Below are positions 51,358 to 61,429 of a DNA stretch of 64,000 nt, in pieces. A model generated the notes under the pieces. The model made no database searches, was not told the DNA's origin, and saw only the letters and a program-made list of their open reading frames with translations. Origin of the DNA: an uncultured candidate division Zixibacteria bacterium (GTDB lineage: Bacteria > Zixibacteria > MSB-5A5 > UBA10806 > 4484-95); assembly GCA_963668625.2 (NCBI GenBank), contig CAXXKA010000008.1:832001-896000 (forward strand). The letters are read 5' to 3'. Numbering within the stretch: the stretch's first letter is position 1; each line of letters opens with the position of its first letter. A program made the translations under genes and the position numbers.

Positions 51358-53055
51358 TTATTGCACGCCGGTCCAACCCTCCAATACTGCCAGCATCACC
51401 CACCAGGCGCGGCCTTTTTGCCAGCAATTAAAACAATGCGAGTGAGCGCAGCTACAGTCATTCGAGCAGTCGTTCTCGGTTATTGCGCACCAGTCGGAAC
51501 ACCAATCGCAGCCGTCGCCATCATTAGCATAATAGTTTCCATCCGGGTCGTAACTTTCGATATCGGCGAAATCGAACAGTACCTTGTTATTATCGAGGCA
51601 GTATTGTCGAATCTGATTGTTATGACGTCTATGATTTAACTCGGGATCGCTGCTGGGGTAATACCGTCTGCCGGTTTGATATACGAACGTCACGTTGGGA
51701 TAAGCCTGCTCCAGTTCGTTCATCTTATCGAGATATATCTGGGTTTCCGCCTCGGTGTAGTACAGATGCTCCCAGCACCAGGAGATACTGGCGAGATTAC
51801 AGCCGGGATGCGAATCGAGATACGACCTGAAATAAGGCGCCCAGGTGGTATCGCCATGCTCGCCTACGTGGTCGCTGGTGGCATATATATTGTCATCGAA
51901 ATCCGGAAATCCCTCCTCTATAGCAATCTTATAAACTCCGGTTCTCACCTGGCTACCGTGCGAGGTGTGACGGTAGTACATGTCATATTTAGCCATAATC
52001 GTGTCGATTAAAGAGGCCGGAATATTCAACCAGTCCTGATCGGCGCCATCGCAGAACGTGTGATCAGCGATAATCGCGCCGGAGGAGCCGGTATCCTGCA
52101 CGGTGATAGTAACATATTCGGAGTCGGCCAGATCACTGTCGGAGGCGACGAACAGCGCGGTATGATTGCCGAGATCAGCCGGATCGGGAGTCCAGCTTAA
52201 CTGAGCGGTCCCATCTCCAAAATCAGAAAAAGACGCATCCCCCGGCAGATCGTATGCATGAAACGAGGGAATGTTGCCATCAGGATCATATCCCGAAATA
52301 CCGAACTCGAGCAAGCTGCCAACATGCACCATCCGCGTGCCGATCGGTTCGAGTATCGGCGGCCGGTTTGTGTTATATACGGTAATATCAGCCATCCCGG
52401 TATCAGCATATATAGTGGAGGTGGCTATGAAACGCACTTGATAGAACCCTACCTGAGTATAATCGGGATCGAAATAGAAGCGGCCATGGCCGTTTCCCGA
52501 ATCGTAGAACGCGGCGTTAGTCGGCAGCATCTCGGCAACTAATTCGATATCATCATCGTTGGGGTCCGTAGATAGTACGATAAACTCCAGATGTTGCCCC
52601 TCGCCAACGTACTTTTCGGGTATCGGACCAATATGAGGCGGTTCATCCTGCGCCTGATTACATACCGGCCAGCCGGTCGGCATGGTTGCCGGTAAGCTAC
52701 TATTATCGGTCCAGGTAGGCGGGTGAGTTCCGCAAAACCTCAAACTGTTCATAGCTCTGAAATAATTAACGAGATAGGTGACATCACTGCCAATTATAAT
52801 ACAATCACCGTTAACATCCGCAGAGGGCCAGTGATCATCGAAAATACAGGCCTCTATACCATCCATACCCCTGAAATAATTCACCAGGTAGGTAACGTCG
52901 TTCCCTATAACCGAGGGTGGCCAATCGCCATAATACATATTAACATCCCCGGGAAGATAATCGTATGTCTGGGCATAACATTTATTAGCGATAAATAGTG
53001 TGATAACAATCAATAAACAGAATAATATCCTCGATTTAACGCTTTTTAGTAGCAT
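51358..53055 (-). CDS. Secreted protein: dockerin-like module, two cadherin/Ig-like repeats, Cys-rich uncharacterised C-terminal domain
   Basis: PGDVN..GNDVTYLVNYFR and ADVNGDC..GSDVTYLVNYFR; repeats NRPPILEPIG..DPDG..LP; C-terminal domain paralogous to 60385-61185. Confidence 0.8.
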   Translation of the reverse strand: MLLKSVKSRILFCLLIVITLFIANKCYAQTYDYLPGDVNMYYGDWPPSVIGNDVTYLVNYFRGMDGIEACIFDDHWPSADVNGDCIIIGSDVTYLVNYFRAMNSLRFCGTHPPTWTDNSSLPATMPTGWPVCNQAQDEPPHIGPIPEKYVGEGQHLEFIVLSTDPNDDDIELVAEMLPTNAAFYDSGNGHGRFYFDPDYTQVGFYQVRFIATSTIYADTGMADITVYNTNRPPILEPIGTRMVHVGSLLEFGISGYDPDGNIPSFHAYDLPGDASFSDFGDGTAQLSWTPDPADLGNHTALFVASDSDLADSEYVTITVQDTGSSGAIIADHTFCDGADQDWLNIPASLIDTIMAKYDMYYRHTSHGSQVRTGVYKIAIEEGFPDFDDNIYATSDHVGEHGDTTWAPYFRSYLDSHPGCNLASISWCWEHLYYTEAETQIYLDKMNELEQAYPNVTFVYQTGRRYYPSSDPELNHRRHNNQIRQYCLDNNKVLFDFADIESYDPDGNYYANDGDGCDWCSDWCAITENDCSNDCSCAHSHCFNCWQKGRAWWVMLAVLEGWTGVQ

Positions 53056-53327
53056 TTACTCCTCCGTTATCGCGATTGCGTGTAAACATATTTCCGTGAA
53101 GTTTAAACTGTGGTACTGCTAATGTATCGTGTTGTCTTAATTTAAAATACAAAGGATTATCAGACTGTCAAGGCTAAATTACAAACTTATCATAATTTAA
53201 TAGTAGATATTACAATCGCTATATCATAAAATAAATCCGTAATTGTATTAGCTTGTACTGACACTTTTTATTATCATAATATGTTTAAAAAGATTGGTGA
53301 TACTAATGCCATTCGAAAGGAATAGAT

Positions 53328-54071
53328 ATGGGTATCCTTGAGATAAAGAATTTAAAACTGACACTTGGCGATAAACCGATTATCAACGATTTATCGATAG
53401 ATTTCTGGGAGGGGCATATCCACGCCGTGGTTGGCCCGAACGGAGCAGGCAAATCCACCTTATCGGCAACCATAATGGGGTTGGCGGGTTACAGAGATTA
53501 CGAAGGCGAGATAAGCTTTCAGGATGAATCATTGAAAGAATTCGGCGTGGATGAACGCGCCAAACGCGGTATTACTCTTGCCTGGCAGGAGCCGGCGAGA
53601 TTCGAGGGGCTTTCGGTGCGAGATTTCATTCGTTCAGCGGCAAAAGATAAAAGCGACAAGACAGTTAACGATTGTTTGGCGGAGGTCGGGTTAGACCCTG
53701 ACGAGTATAAATATCGCGCTGTTGACAAGACATTATCCGGCGGCGAGCGCAAGAAAGTCGAGCTGGCCTCGATACTGGCAATGAAGCCGAAAATGGCTAT
53801 CCTGGATGAGCCGGATTCGGGTATCGATATTGAGTCTATCAATCGTATATTCGATGCTGTCAAGACTCTCAAATTCAACGGCACAACAGTCATTCTTATA
53901 ACTCATAGTTTAGCGGTATTGGAACAAGCCGAGCACGCGTTTCTGCTATGTCAGGGGCAGGTTGTGGATAAAGGCAAGGTCAGCAAAATCCGCCAGTATT
54001 TCGAGGGCAAATGTCTCTCCTGCGATCATAAGAATTATCCCAGCCTGGTTGAGATAGGAGAAAACAAATGA
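53328..54071 (+). CDS. sufC: SufC/SmsC-like Fe-S assembly ABC ATPase
   Basis: GPNGAGKST, LAWQEPARF, LSGGE, ILDEPDSGID, C-terminal CLSC. Confidence 0.85.
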   Translation: MGILEIKNLKLTLGDKPIINDLSIDFWEGHIHAVVGPNGAGKSTLSATIMGLAGYRDYEGEISFQDESLKEFGVDERAKRGITLAWQEPARFEGLSVRDFIRSAAKDKSDKTVNDCLAEVGLDPDEYKYRAVDKTLSGGERKKVELASILAMKPKMAILDEPDSGIDIESINRIFDAVKTLKFNGTTVILITHSLAVLEQAEHAFLLCQGQVVDKGKVSKIRQYFEGKCLSCDHKNYPSLVEIGENK

Positions 54072-55015
54072 GTTCGCAAACTGAGCTTATCAACGATTTA
54101 TATAAAAGCATAGATTCAGATCCGCACTCGCTGAAAGATCCCGATACCGCTCATCTGGTGATAAATCACAATGAGGTATTGGGGATGAACGCCGTACCCG
54201 GTTTGCATGTCGATGTCGACAAAATCGAGGACGGCGTGGATATCAAATTCCGGCTGGATAACAACATCGTGGTCAAAAAACCGGTTCATCTGTGTTTCGG
54301 GATGTTTGCTGAGAGCGGTATACAGAAAATCATCATGGATGTTGACATTGGCAAGAACTCGAAAATCGCGTTGCAAGCGCATTGTACTTTTCCAATTGCC
54401 GTGGATGTCCAGCATATCATGGATGCCAGGATTAAAATCGGTGACGGCGCGGATTACACCTATTTCGAGAAACACGTACACAGCCCCGAAGGCGGGGTTA
54501 AAGTATATCCCAAAGCGATAGTCGAGATCGGCGAGGGCGCCTCATTCAAGACCGAGTTCGAATTGATAAAAGGGCGTGTCGGCCTCATCGATATCGATTA
54601 CGAGATGAATGCCGGAGCCGACAGCACTGTCGAGATGACATCCCGGGTTTCAGGACGAGGGGATGACCTGATAAAGATTCGCGAGATAGCCAACCTCAAC
54701 GGTGAACGTGCCCGGGGCGCGCTGACCTCGAAAATAGCAGTGCGCGGGAATGCCAGGGCTGAGGTTTATAATAAACTGGTAGCCTCGGGAGCTTATGCCC
54801 GTGGTCATGTAGACTGCAAGGAGATATTGCAGGATAACGGTATAGCTCAGGCTATCCCGATTGTCGAGGTTCGTCATCCCAAAGCGCATGTCACTCACGA
54901 GGCGGCCATCGGCAGTGTCGATAACAAGCAACTCGAGACCCTCATGTCGCGCGGCATGGATGAGGATGAAGCTGTCGAATTGATTATTAACGGGATGTTA
55001 AGCCGGAGAAAATAG
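54068..55015 (+). CDS. sufB: SufB/SufD (SmsB-like) Fe-S scaffold
   Basis: PVHLCFG, ARGHVDCKEI, AHVTHEAAIGSVD..QLETLMSRG. Confidence 0.82.
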   Translation: MSSQTELINDLYKSIDSDPHSLKDPDTAHLVINHNEVLGMNAVPGLHVDVDKIEDGVDIKFRLDNNIVVKKPVHLCFGMFAESGIQKIIMDVDIGKNSKIALQAHCTFPIAVDVQHIMDARIKIGDGADYTYFEKHVHSPEGGVKVYPKAIVEIGEGASFKTEFELIKGRVGLIDIDYEMNAGADSTVEMTSRVSGRGDDLIKIREIANLNGERARGALTSKIAVRGNARAEVYNKLVASGAYARGHVDCKEILQDNGIAQAIPIVEVRHPKAHVTHEAAIGSVDNKQLETLMSRGMDEDEAVELIINGMLSRRK

Positions 55016-55149
55016 TTACTTTCGGAAACCTGATTTCTATAGCATTCGTTGTTTATCATGTATTGGTTCGCGCGTGGGGTAGCCTGATTTTTACATATTT
55101 CCAAAGGATATTTAACTCTTTAATCTTAAAAGAAAAATCAACTAATGGC

Positions 55150-57432
55150 ATGCGTTATCTCAAATTACTCTCAATCATCATTCTAATACCGACGCTTTAT
55201 GCTGCGGGAATTACCGACGATAAAACCGGCACTATAACCGGCAGTGTAAGCAATGCCATAACCGGCGAACCGCTACCGGGTGTGGCCGTAATGGTCGTGG
55301 GCAGCAGACTTGGCGGTTCAACCGATATCGAGGGTAGCTACGAAATCCCCAATGTGCCGGCGGGCAAGTACACGCTCAGGGCTATCCTCATAGGCTTCGA
55401 GCCAAACGCCAAGAACGATATCGTTGTCGAACATATTCGCCCGTCAAAAGTCAATTTCCGCCTTCAAGAAAGCGCCATAGTTGGTGAGGATGTTATAATT
55501 ACGCCGGACTATTTCGCCAAAACTCCCGATTCGAAAATCAGTACGCAGGTACAATCGAGCGAGGAAATTCGTCGTTTACCGGGAGGTTTCGAGGATGTTG
55601 TCAGGGCTGTCTCGATACTGCCGGGAGTGGCCCAGGCGCAGGCGGGCAGGAACGATTTGATCATCCGCGGCGGGGCGCCCTCTGAAAACCTGTTCATAGT
55701 CGAAAATCTTGAGGTCAACAATATCAACCATTTCGGCACGCAGGGATCGGGCGGTGGGCCGCTATCGTATATCAATCTCGACTATGTAGATCAAACCGCT
55801 TTCTCCACCGGCGGTTTCGGCGCGCGTTACGGTGATAAACTATCCTCGGTATTGAATATCGAGCTTCGCGACGGACGTACCGACAGGCTGGGCGGCAAAG
55901 GCACCATCTCAGCCTCACAATTCGGATTCGATCTCGAGGGACCGGTAACGGGAAATGGCTCGTTTTTGCTTTCCGCTCGTAGAAGCTATCTCGATATTAT
56001 TTTCAAGGCGGCCGGGTTCAGTTTCGTGCCGGAATATTGGGATTTTCTGGCCAAAACCGATTATCAGCTTAACAGGAACAATCATCTCTCCATCCTCGCT
56101 ATCGGCGCAATTGATAACACCAGGTTCTTCAATGATGATCGGGATGATCGTTACGATAACTCGACTGTCTTGGGTAGCGATCAGACTCAAGCGATAACCG
56201 GAGCTACCTGGCGACACCTGCTGGGCAAGGGTTATTTCAATCTTACGCTGGGCACGAACTATGTCGATTTCAATTACGAGCAACGCGACTCTCTTCTTAG
56301 CCCGCTTCTGTCGAATAAATCGAATGAGCGTGAATCGTATATGAAACTGGAGTTGACTTATCAATTGACAAAATCGCTGGAATTCACTACGGGCTTTACC
56401 GGTAAAAATATCGGTTTCACGAATGATATATACCTTCCCGAACAGATAACCGATTTCGGCGATACCGTGGAGATTTCCGGTACCTATGAAAGCTATACCA
56501 CTAAAGGTGCGAGTTTCGCGCAGGTATCATATAACAATCCTTATTTCAGGACTACCCTGGGCGGCCGCTTGGATTATTTCGATTTGATCGAGGATAAGTT
56601 CGCGTTCTCGCCTCGTCTGGCTAATACGATTAAGATTTCCGAGAAGACTAATCTCAATTTCAGCATGGGACGGTATTATCAATCACCCTCGTATATCTGG
56701 CTGACTGCCAACCCTGTCAACCGCGAGTTGTCGTTTATAGGTGTCGATCAATACGTGGTTGGTATCGACAGGCTGATTCGTCCCGATACTAAAATCAGTA
56801 TAGAGGTGTATTACAAAAGATACTTCGACTACCCTGCCAGCTTAACGAGACAATACCTGGTGATGGCTAATACGGGAGCCGGTTTCGGCGGCTCCAATAG
56901 CGGATTCGCATCATTCGGGTTCGATCCGCTCGTAAGTGAGGGCGAAGGCGCCGCTCGGGGCATCGAAATGCTTCTGCAAAAGAAGCTCTCCGAGATACCC
57001 GTATACGGGCTTTTGAGCCTCAGTTATAGCCATGCTGATTTCACCGCTTTAGACGGTGTAAAGCGCCCCTCGAGTTTCGATCAACACTGGATACTGAATA
57101 TCGGAGGCGGCTACATTCCTAACGCAAACTGGGAATTCGCCGCTAAATTCAGGCTGGCTACCGGCAAACCATACACGCTGCTCAACCCTGACGGTACCCG
57201 GGATGAGACTAACTATAACTCTGAAAGACTCAGCGCTTCACACATTCTCGATATACGAATCGATAAACGCTGGATGTTTTCCAATTGGATGCTGGTAACA
57301 TATCTCGATATACAGAATGTTTACGATAACCCAACCGAATCGATCCCTGAATGGGACGAACGTACTCAGTCTATAGATGATGATGAAAGCATAGGATTGT
57401 TGCCCTCGATCGGCGTAAGTATCGTTTTCTAA
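55150..57432 (+). CDS. TonB-dependent receptor with N-terminal carboxypeptidase-regulatory-like domain
   Basis: GTITGSV..TGEPLPGV, LPGV..IRGG..EN, GGFGARYGDKLSSV, C-terminal LPSIGVSIVF. Confidence 0.9.
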   Translation: MRYLKLLSIIILIPTLYAAGITDDKTGTITGSVSNAITGEPLPGVAVMVVGSRLGGSTDIEGSYEIPNVPAGKYTLRAILIGFEPNAKNDIVVEHIRPSKVNFRLQESAIVGEDVIITPDYFAKTPDSKISTQVQSSEEIRRLPGGFEDVVRAVSILPGVAQAQAGRNDLIIRGGAPSENLFIVENLEVNNINHFGTQGSGGGPLSYINLDYVDQTAFSTGGFGARYGDKLSSVLNIELRDGRTDRLGGKGTISASQFGFDLEGPVTGNGSFLLSARRSYLDIIFKAAGFSFVPEYWDFLAKTDYQLNRNNHLSILAIGAIDNTRFFNDDRDDRYDNSTVLGSDQTQAITGATWRHLLGKGYFNLTLGTNYVDFNYEQRDSLLSPLLSNKSNERESYMKLELTYQLTKSLEFTTGFTGKNIGFTNDIYLPEQITDFGDTVEISGTYESYTTKGASFAQVSYNNPYFRTTLGGRLDYFDLIEDKFAFSPRLANTIKISEKTNLNFSMGRYYQSPSYIWLTANPVNRELSFIGVDQYVVGIDRLIRPDTKISIEVYYKRYFDYPASLTRQYLVMANTGAGFGGSNSGFASFGFDPLVSEGEGAARGIEMLLQKKLSEIPVYGLLSLSYSHADFTALDGVKRPSSFDQHWILNIGGGYIPNANWEFAAKFRLATGKPYTLLNPDGTRDETNYNSERLSASHILDIRIDKRWMFSNWMLVTYLDIQNVYDNPTESIPEWDERTQSIDDDESIGLLPSIGVSIVF

Positions 57433-58046
57433 TCTGAGCTTTTCATCTTCCCCTTCACTATTACCTCATCAAGCGGTTTTCTATCGTTGGGCGACTCGAT
57501 ACTCCTGAAATCATCCTCGAGTTTATCTTTATCACCGTACTTGCCTATTGCGAACGCCGCTATGGCAGTGTATTTATCTTTAGGAATCCCCAGCTTATCG
57601 TAAATACCCTCTCTATCGAAACCGGCTATACCGTGAGTGTATAACCCAAGCATCCTGGCCTGTAGCGTCATCGCCATCCAGGCTGCGCCGGTATCGAATT
57701 GCGCCCAGTGATTGAGTTTACCGTTTTTATCGAAATTGTTTTTTGCTAATATAAAGCCCAGCGCCGGCGCCGATTTCGCCCATCGCTGATTCCACTCGTT
57801 AAGAATACCAAGATATAGTTCCAGATCATGTCTCTCATAGGCATAAGCAAATAACCAGGGTTGTTCATTAAAGCAGGACATCGACCAGCGAGCCGCCTCG
57901 AATACGCTTTTTACCGTATTCTCCGGTATCGGCGAGGGATCAAACGCCCGGGGTGACCATCGATTTATAAATAGCGGATCGATAGTGTGTTCCGGTTGAC
58001 GACTGTTTTTTATTAACTTTCCTTTATCCTCGAACAGGCTATTCAT
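57429..58046 (-). CDS. Nitroreductase family protein
   Basis: RWSPRAF, EAARWSMSCFNEQPW, FDTGAAW. Confidence 0.92.
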   Translation of the reverse strand: MNSLFEDKGKLIKNSRQPEHTIDPLFINRWSPRAFDPSPIPENTVKSVFEAARWSMSCFNEQPWLFAYAYERHDLELYLGILNEWNQRWAKSAPALGFILAKNNFDKNGKLNHWAQFDTGAAWMAMTLQARMLGLYTHGIAGFDREGIYDKLGIPKDKYTAIAAFAIGKYGDKDKLEDDFRSIESPNDRKPLDEVIVKGKMKSSD

Positions 58047-58051
58047 TTAAA

Positions 58052-58095
58052 AACCTCCTTTACTCTTTAGTTTTTAAACTCAAGTAAAGGAGGTT
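58052..58095 (-). promoter_or_regulatory. 13-bp perfect hairpin covering the nitroreductase Shine-Dalgarno; may also act as terminator
   Basis: aacctcctttact (58052-64) / agtaaaggaggtt (58083-95). Confidence 0.65.
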
Positions 58096-58110
58096 AAGTC
58101 TCGGTTTTAT

Positions 58111-60060
58111 TTAATCAGTATTAAAATTATCTTCCCGCGGATTAATTCGTCTCTCCGCCGCTTGAAGTATACTTAATAGCATATTTCCATAACTTTGCCC
58201 GGCTATACGAGCCATTTTCGCCAGATGGCCATCCCAGCACCAGCCCGGATTGGGATTAACCTCGAGCAACTTGGGAACGCCCTGTTGATCGAGCCGCCAA
58301 TCGAAACGAGCGTAGTCGCGGCACTCGAGACGTTCGGACAAGCGCAATGAGCTTTCTATGATGGTCTTCTCGATATCATCGGAGACTATCGCCGCTATGG
58401 ACTTGATCTGCCAATAGGGTGAATCAGGCAGCCACTTGGCCTCATAACCGCAAATTTTGGGAAGGTCCTCCGGCAAGGCCGAGTAGTCCTCCTCGATCAG
58501 TGGCAGCACCATGTACGATTCGGGAGGATTACCGATTATACCGAGGCTCAAATCCTTACCGGTTAAAAACTCCTCGACCAGAACCGGCTTATCATAGCCG
58601 AATTGAGTCCTGATATTGGAGATGGCATTAACCAGTTCCTCTAGAGTATAAGCTACGCTTCCCTGAGTGATACCGAAACTCGAATCACCGAAATTAGGTT
58701 TGACCAGCGCCGGGAAACCAAATGGCAGATCGAATGTTTTATCCTCGGGGTTTACAAAAAATGCCTCGGGTACGGTGATGGCCATCTCTTTAGCAATACC
58801 TCGCACCAGCGATTTATCGTAACAGAAAGCGAGACATTGCGCGCCGGAGCCGGTGAAAGGAATCTCCAGCATATCCAGAATAGCCGGAACATGCAATTCC
58901 TTACGTGCGTCATTTGAAAATCCCTCATCACAAAGGTTAAATACGTAATCGGTTTTGCCTTTCAGCTTCATCAAATCGGTGATCAACGTATCGTGATTAT
59001 CCAGATACTCGAACCGGTAATCCTCCTGCTCTTTTAATGCGCCTTTAAGCTGATCGATCGTGTAAAAATCGTCATCATCGAAATTTAGCGTGGGTTTGAT
59101 GGGATCGGGTTTGCGGGGATCGCCCATCACCACGACAACGCTTTTAACCGCCACCCTGGGTTTGCGAGGAACGGCGCTCCACTCTTTCTTGACCGTGCCG
59201 GAAACTATCAGCCGCTGCTGCATCATGCCCAGGTCCTGGTTCCTCCGGGAATCCGGGGTTACCTGGCCGTGGAACTCGATATCTTTGAATCCGATACTGT
59301 CGAAAAGCTGTTTGATTTTCTCCTCCGAGTACAGCCTCTCGGCGTAAAATTGATCGGCAATCACGCCTTTTTCCACATGGGTAATTACTTCACGAGATAT
59401 CAATCGCTGCTCATCCGAGGATAGCGAGCGTTCACGGCAGACGAAGTATTTTTTATTTATCCACTCCCACGAGCGAGGTTGAAAATTTTCGCGAAGAAAA
59501 TCCCCATCCGCAACATCGATGAGAACACGGCCGCGCGGTTTGAGCGCTTTGAATACTTGCTCGAGTACGAATTTATCCTCATTGGCGTTCTCGAAATAGC
59601 CGAAACTGTTTCCCATTATTATAATAAAATCGAAAGTATCGTTGGCAAATGGTATCTTACGGGCGTCTCCCTCGCGAAATTTGACATTCAATCCCTCGCG
59701 TTTGGCCCGGGTTTTAGCTTTGGCGATAAGGTAATGCGACCTGTCAAGACCCTCGATATTATTGAAACCGCGACGAGCCAGTTCCAGGCTATGCCGGCCC
59801 TGCCCGCAAGCCAGATCGAGAATCCGGGACTCGGTATGAGGCTTTAAAATCTCCCCGATCAAGTCAACCTCATCTCGCGTGATCTTCAAATCATCAACAA
59901 CATCGGCATCAGTTTTGAGATAAAGGCTGTTGAAAATATTACGCCACCAATCGGGACGGACATGCCTCTCCAGATCGGGGATAGGGCCTAATACCCTGTT
60001 TACCGGTTTTTTAATCTTAACCGATAAGCGGGACTTGCCGGTTACGGCATCCCTTTTCAT
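58111..60060 (-). CDS. Class I SAM methyltransferase fused to D-Ala-D-Ala ligase-like ATP-grasp domain
   Basis: ILDLACGQGRH, GDAR, MGNSFGYF; then VFNLCDEG, PFTGSG..CYDK, PALVKP..DSSFGI, VEEFLTG, YARFDWR, LLEVNPNPG. Confidence 0.9.
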   Translation of the reverse strand: MKRDAVTGKSRLSVKIKKPVNRVLGPIPDLERHVRPDWWRNIFNSLYLKTDADVVDDLKITRDEVDLIGEILKPHTESRILDLACGQGRHSLELARRGFNNIEGLDRSHYLIAKAKTRAKREGLNVKFREGDARKIPFANDTFDFIIIMGNSFGYFENANEDKFVLEQVFKALKPRGRVLIDVADGDFLRENFQPRSWEWINKKYFVCRERSLSSDEQRLISREVITHVEKGVIADQFYAERLYSEEKIKQLFDSIGFKDIEFHGQVTPDSRRNQDLGMMQQRLIVSGTVKKEWSAVPRKPRVAVKSVVVVMGDPRKPDPIKPTLNFDDDDFYTIDQLKGALKEQEDYRFEYLDNHDTLITDLMKLKGKTDYVFNLCDEGFSNDARKELHVPAILDMLEIPFTGSGAQCLAFCYDKSLVRGIAKEMAITVPEAFFVNPEDKTFDLPFGFPALVKPNFGDSSFGITQGSVAYTLEELVNAISNIRTQFGYDKPVLVEEFLTGKDLSLGIIGNPPESYMVLPLIEEDYSALPEDLPKICGYEAKWLPDSPYWQIKSIAAIVSDDIEKTIIESSLRLSERLECRDYARFDWRLDQQGVPKLLEVNPNPGWCWDGHLAKMARIAGQSYGNMLLSILQAAERRINPREDNFNTD

Positions 60061-60315
60061 ATAATTTCTCCTTTCGGCGCAATTCATAGGCGCCAAAAAA
60101 TGGGGTTTTCAAGCGGCGGTAATTAAAGCTTATTTCGAAAAAAAGCAAGAAATAAATTAGGAGTATGGGAAAATAGTTTAGCGACACAAACACCCAGTGG
60201 CAGGAGAGGGCAATCCAAGATCGCTACGCTTAAATAGCTGACAATACTACTGATATATACTATCGCGGGCCGATAAAAAACGAGTCCAAAGGGGGCTTTT
60301 ATTCATCACGAAAAA

Positions 60316-60341
60316 GGCTCCCCGGGCAATACCCGGGAGCC
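60316..60341 (-). terminator. Intrinsic terminator after the 60385-61185 gene
   Basis: ggctcccggg-caata-cccgggagcc with T-run on the minus strand. Confidence 0.75.
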
Positions 60342-60384
60342 GGTATAATCATCTTCTGATATAAACTTTCGTAAAAGACTATTC

Positions 60385-61185
60385 TTAATGCCCATCCCAG
60401 CCGGCTACACGGGCCATCAACCACCAGAACGCCTTGCCTTTCTGGTAGCAGTTGAAACAATGCGAATGGGCGCAACTGCATGATTCGCAATCGTGGGCGG
60501 CGCACCAGTCCTCGCACCATTCGCAGGCATCGCTGGCATCCGGGTAGTAGTTGCCTACTGGATCATAGCTTTCGATATCGGCGAAATCGAACAATACTTT
60601 GCCGTTAGCCTGGCAGTAATCGCGTATCTGGTTGTTGCGGGCATACAGGTTGCCATCCACACCGGTTCCATCCAGATGGCCGGTCATGTATATGAAAGTA
60701 ACATTAGGATATTCCTGCTCCAACTGGTTTACCTTGTTAAGGTAGATATTGATGCCCTCCTCGGTATTGCTGGAAACTCCACCACACCATGACCACATGG
60801 CGATATTGCAGGTGTTGCCTTCCTGATCCAGTCTTTGCCGGGTTATCGGCGCCCAGGTCGTATCTCCCTCATATCCCAAATCATCGCCATATTCCGAAAG
60901 AGAAAGAGTACCGTCGCCCATATTGTACTCATACAGGCTAAGCTCGTTTTCCAAAAGGTACATTCCTGAGATAATCTGCCCGCCGTGTGAGGTATGTATA
61001 TAGAATATATCGAAATTCGCTTGAATCGAATCTATATATTGCTGGGGAATGTTATCGAAAGCGGCCGAGGCCAGGTGATTCGCGATGAGGAAATCCTCGG
61101 GATCGCCGCTATCGGTTGTTTTTGATTCATTGCAGCTGCCGAAAAGGCAAAACGCAATACATACAAATGTGATGATGCGTATCAT
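60385..61185 (-). CDS. Lipoprotein consisting of the same Cys-rich uncharacterised domain as the C-terminus of 51358-53055
   Basis: Lipobox-like LFGSC; HTSHG, WSWC, NNQIR.YC, LFDFADIESYDP, CAHSHCFNC. Confidence 0.8.
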   Translation of the reverse strand: MIRIITFVCIAFCLFGSCNESKTTDSGDPEDFLIANHLASAAFDNIPQQYIDSIQANFDIFYIHTSHGGQIISGMYLLENELSLYEYNMGDGTLSLSEYGDDLGYEGDTTWAPITRQRLDQEGNTCNIAMWSWCGGVSSNTEEGINIYLNKVNQLEQEYPNVTFIYMTGHLDGTGVDGNLYARNNQIRDYCQANGKVLFDFADIESYDPVGNYYPDASDACEWCEDWCAAHDCESCSCAHSHCFNCYQKGKAFWWLMARVAGWDGH

Positions 61186-61429
61186 AATTTATTCCTCCAA
61201 AGAAAAATATTCGTTTATATTTTCAATTCGGCAACTAGATTATTTATATTATTATTATTCGGAATATAATTAAACATTGACTGTAATATGGGCGGGGATT
61301 ATATTAATATTGATAATGCAGGGACATACAATCACCTGACTAGTTTTAATTGAAATAACGAGTTTTTTTTGTCAAATATTTTATTTTTTATAACCTATCT
61401 TACAAACTCTGTCAACCAAGGATTATCAA

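Noticed and set aside
51360-60660. Nucleotide similarity between 51.4-51.6 kb and 60.4-60.7 kb as a DGR template/variable pair
   Set aside because: Both copies lie in intact paralogous ORFs, differences are not adenine-specific, and no reverse transcriptase is present in the window
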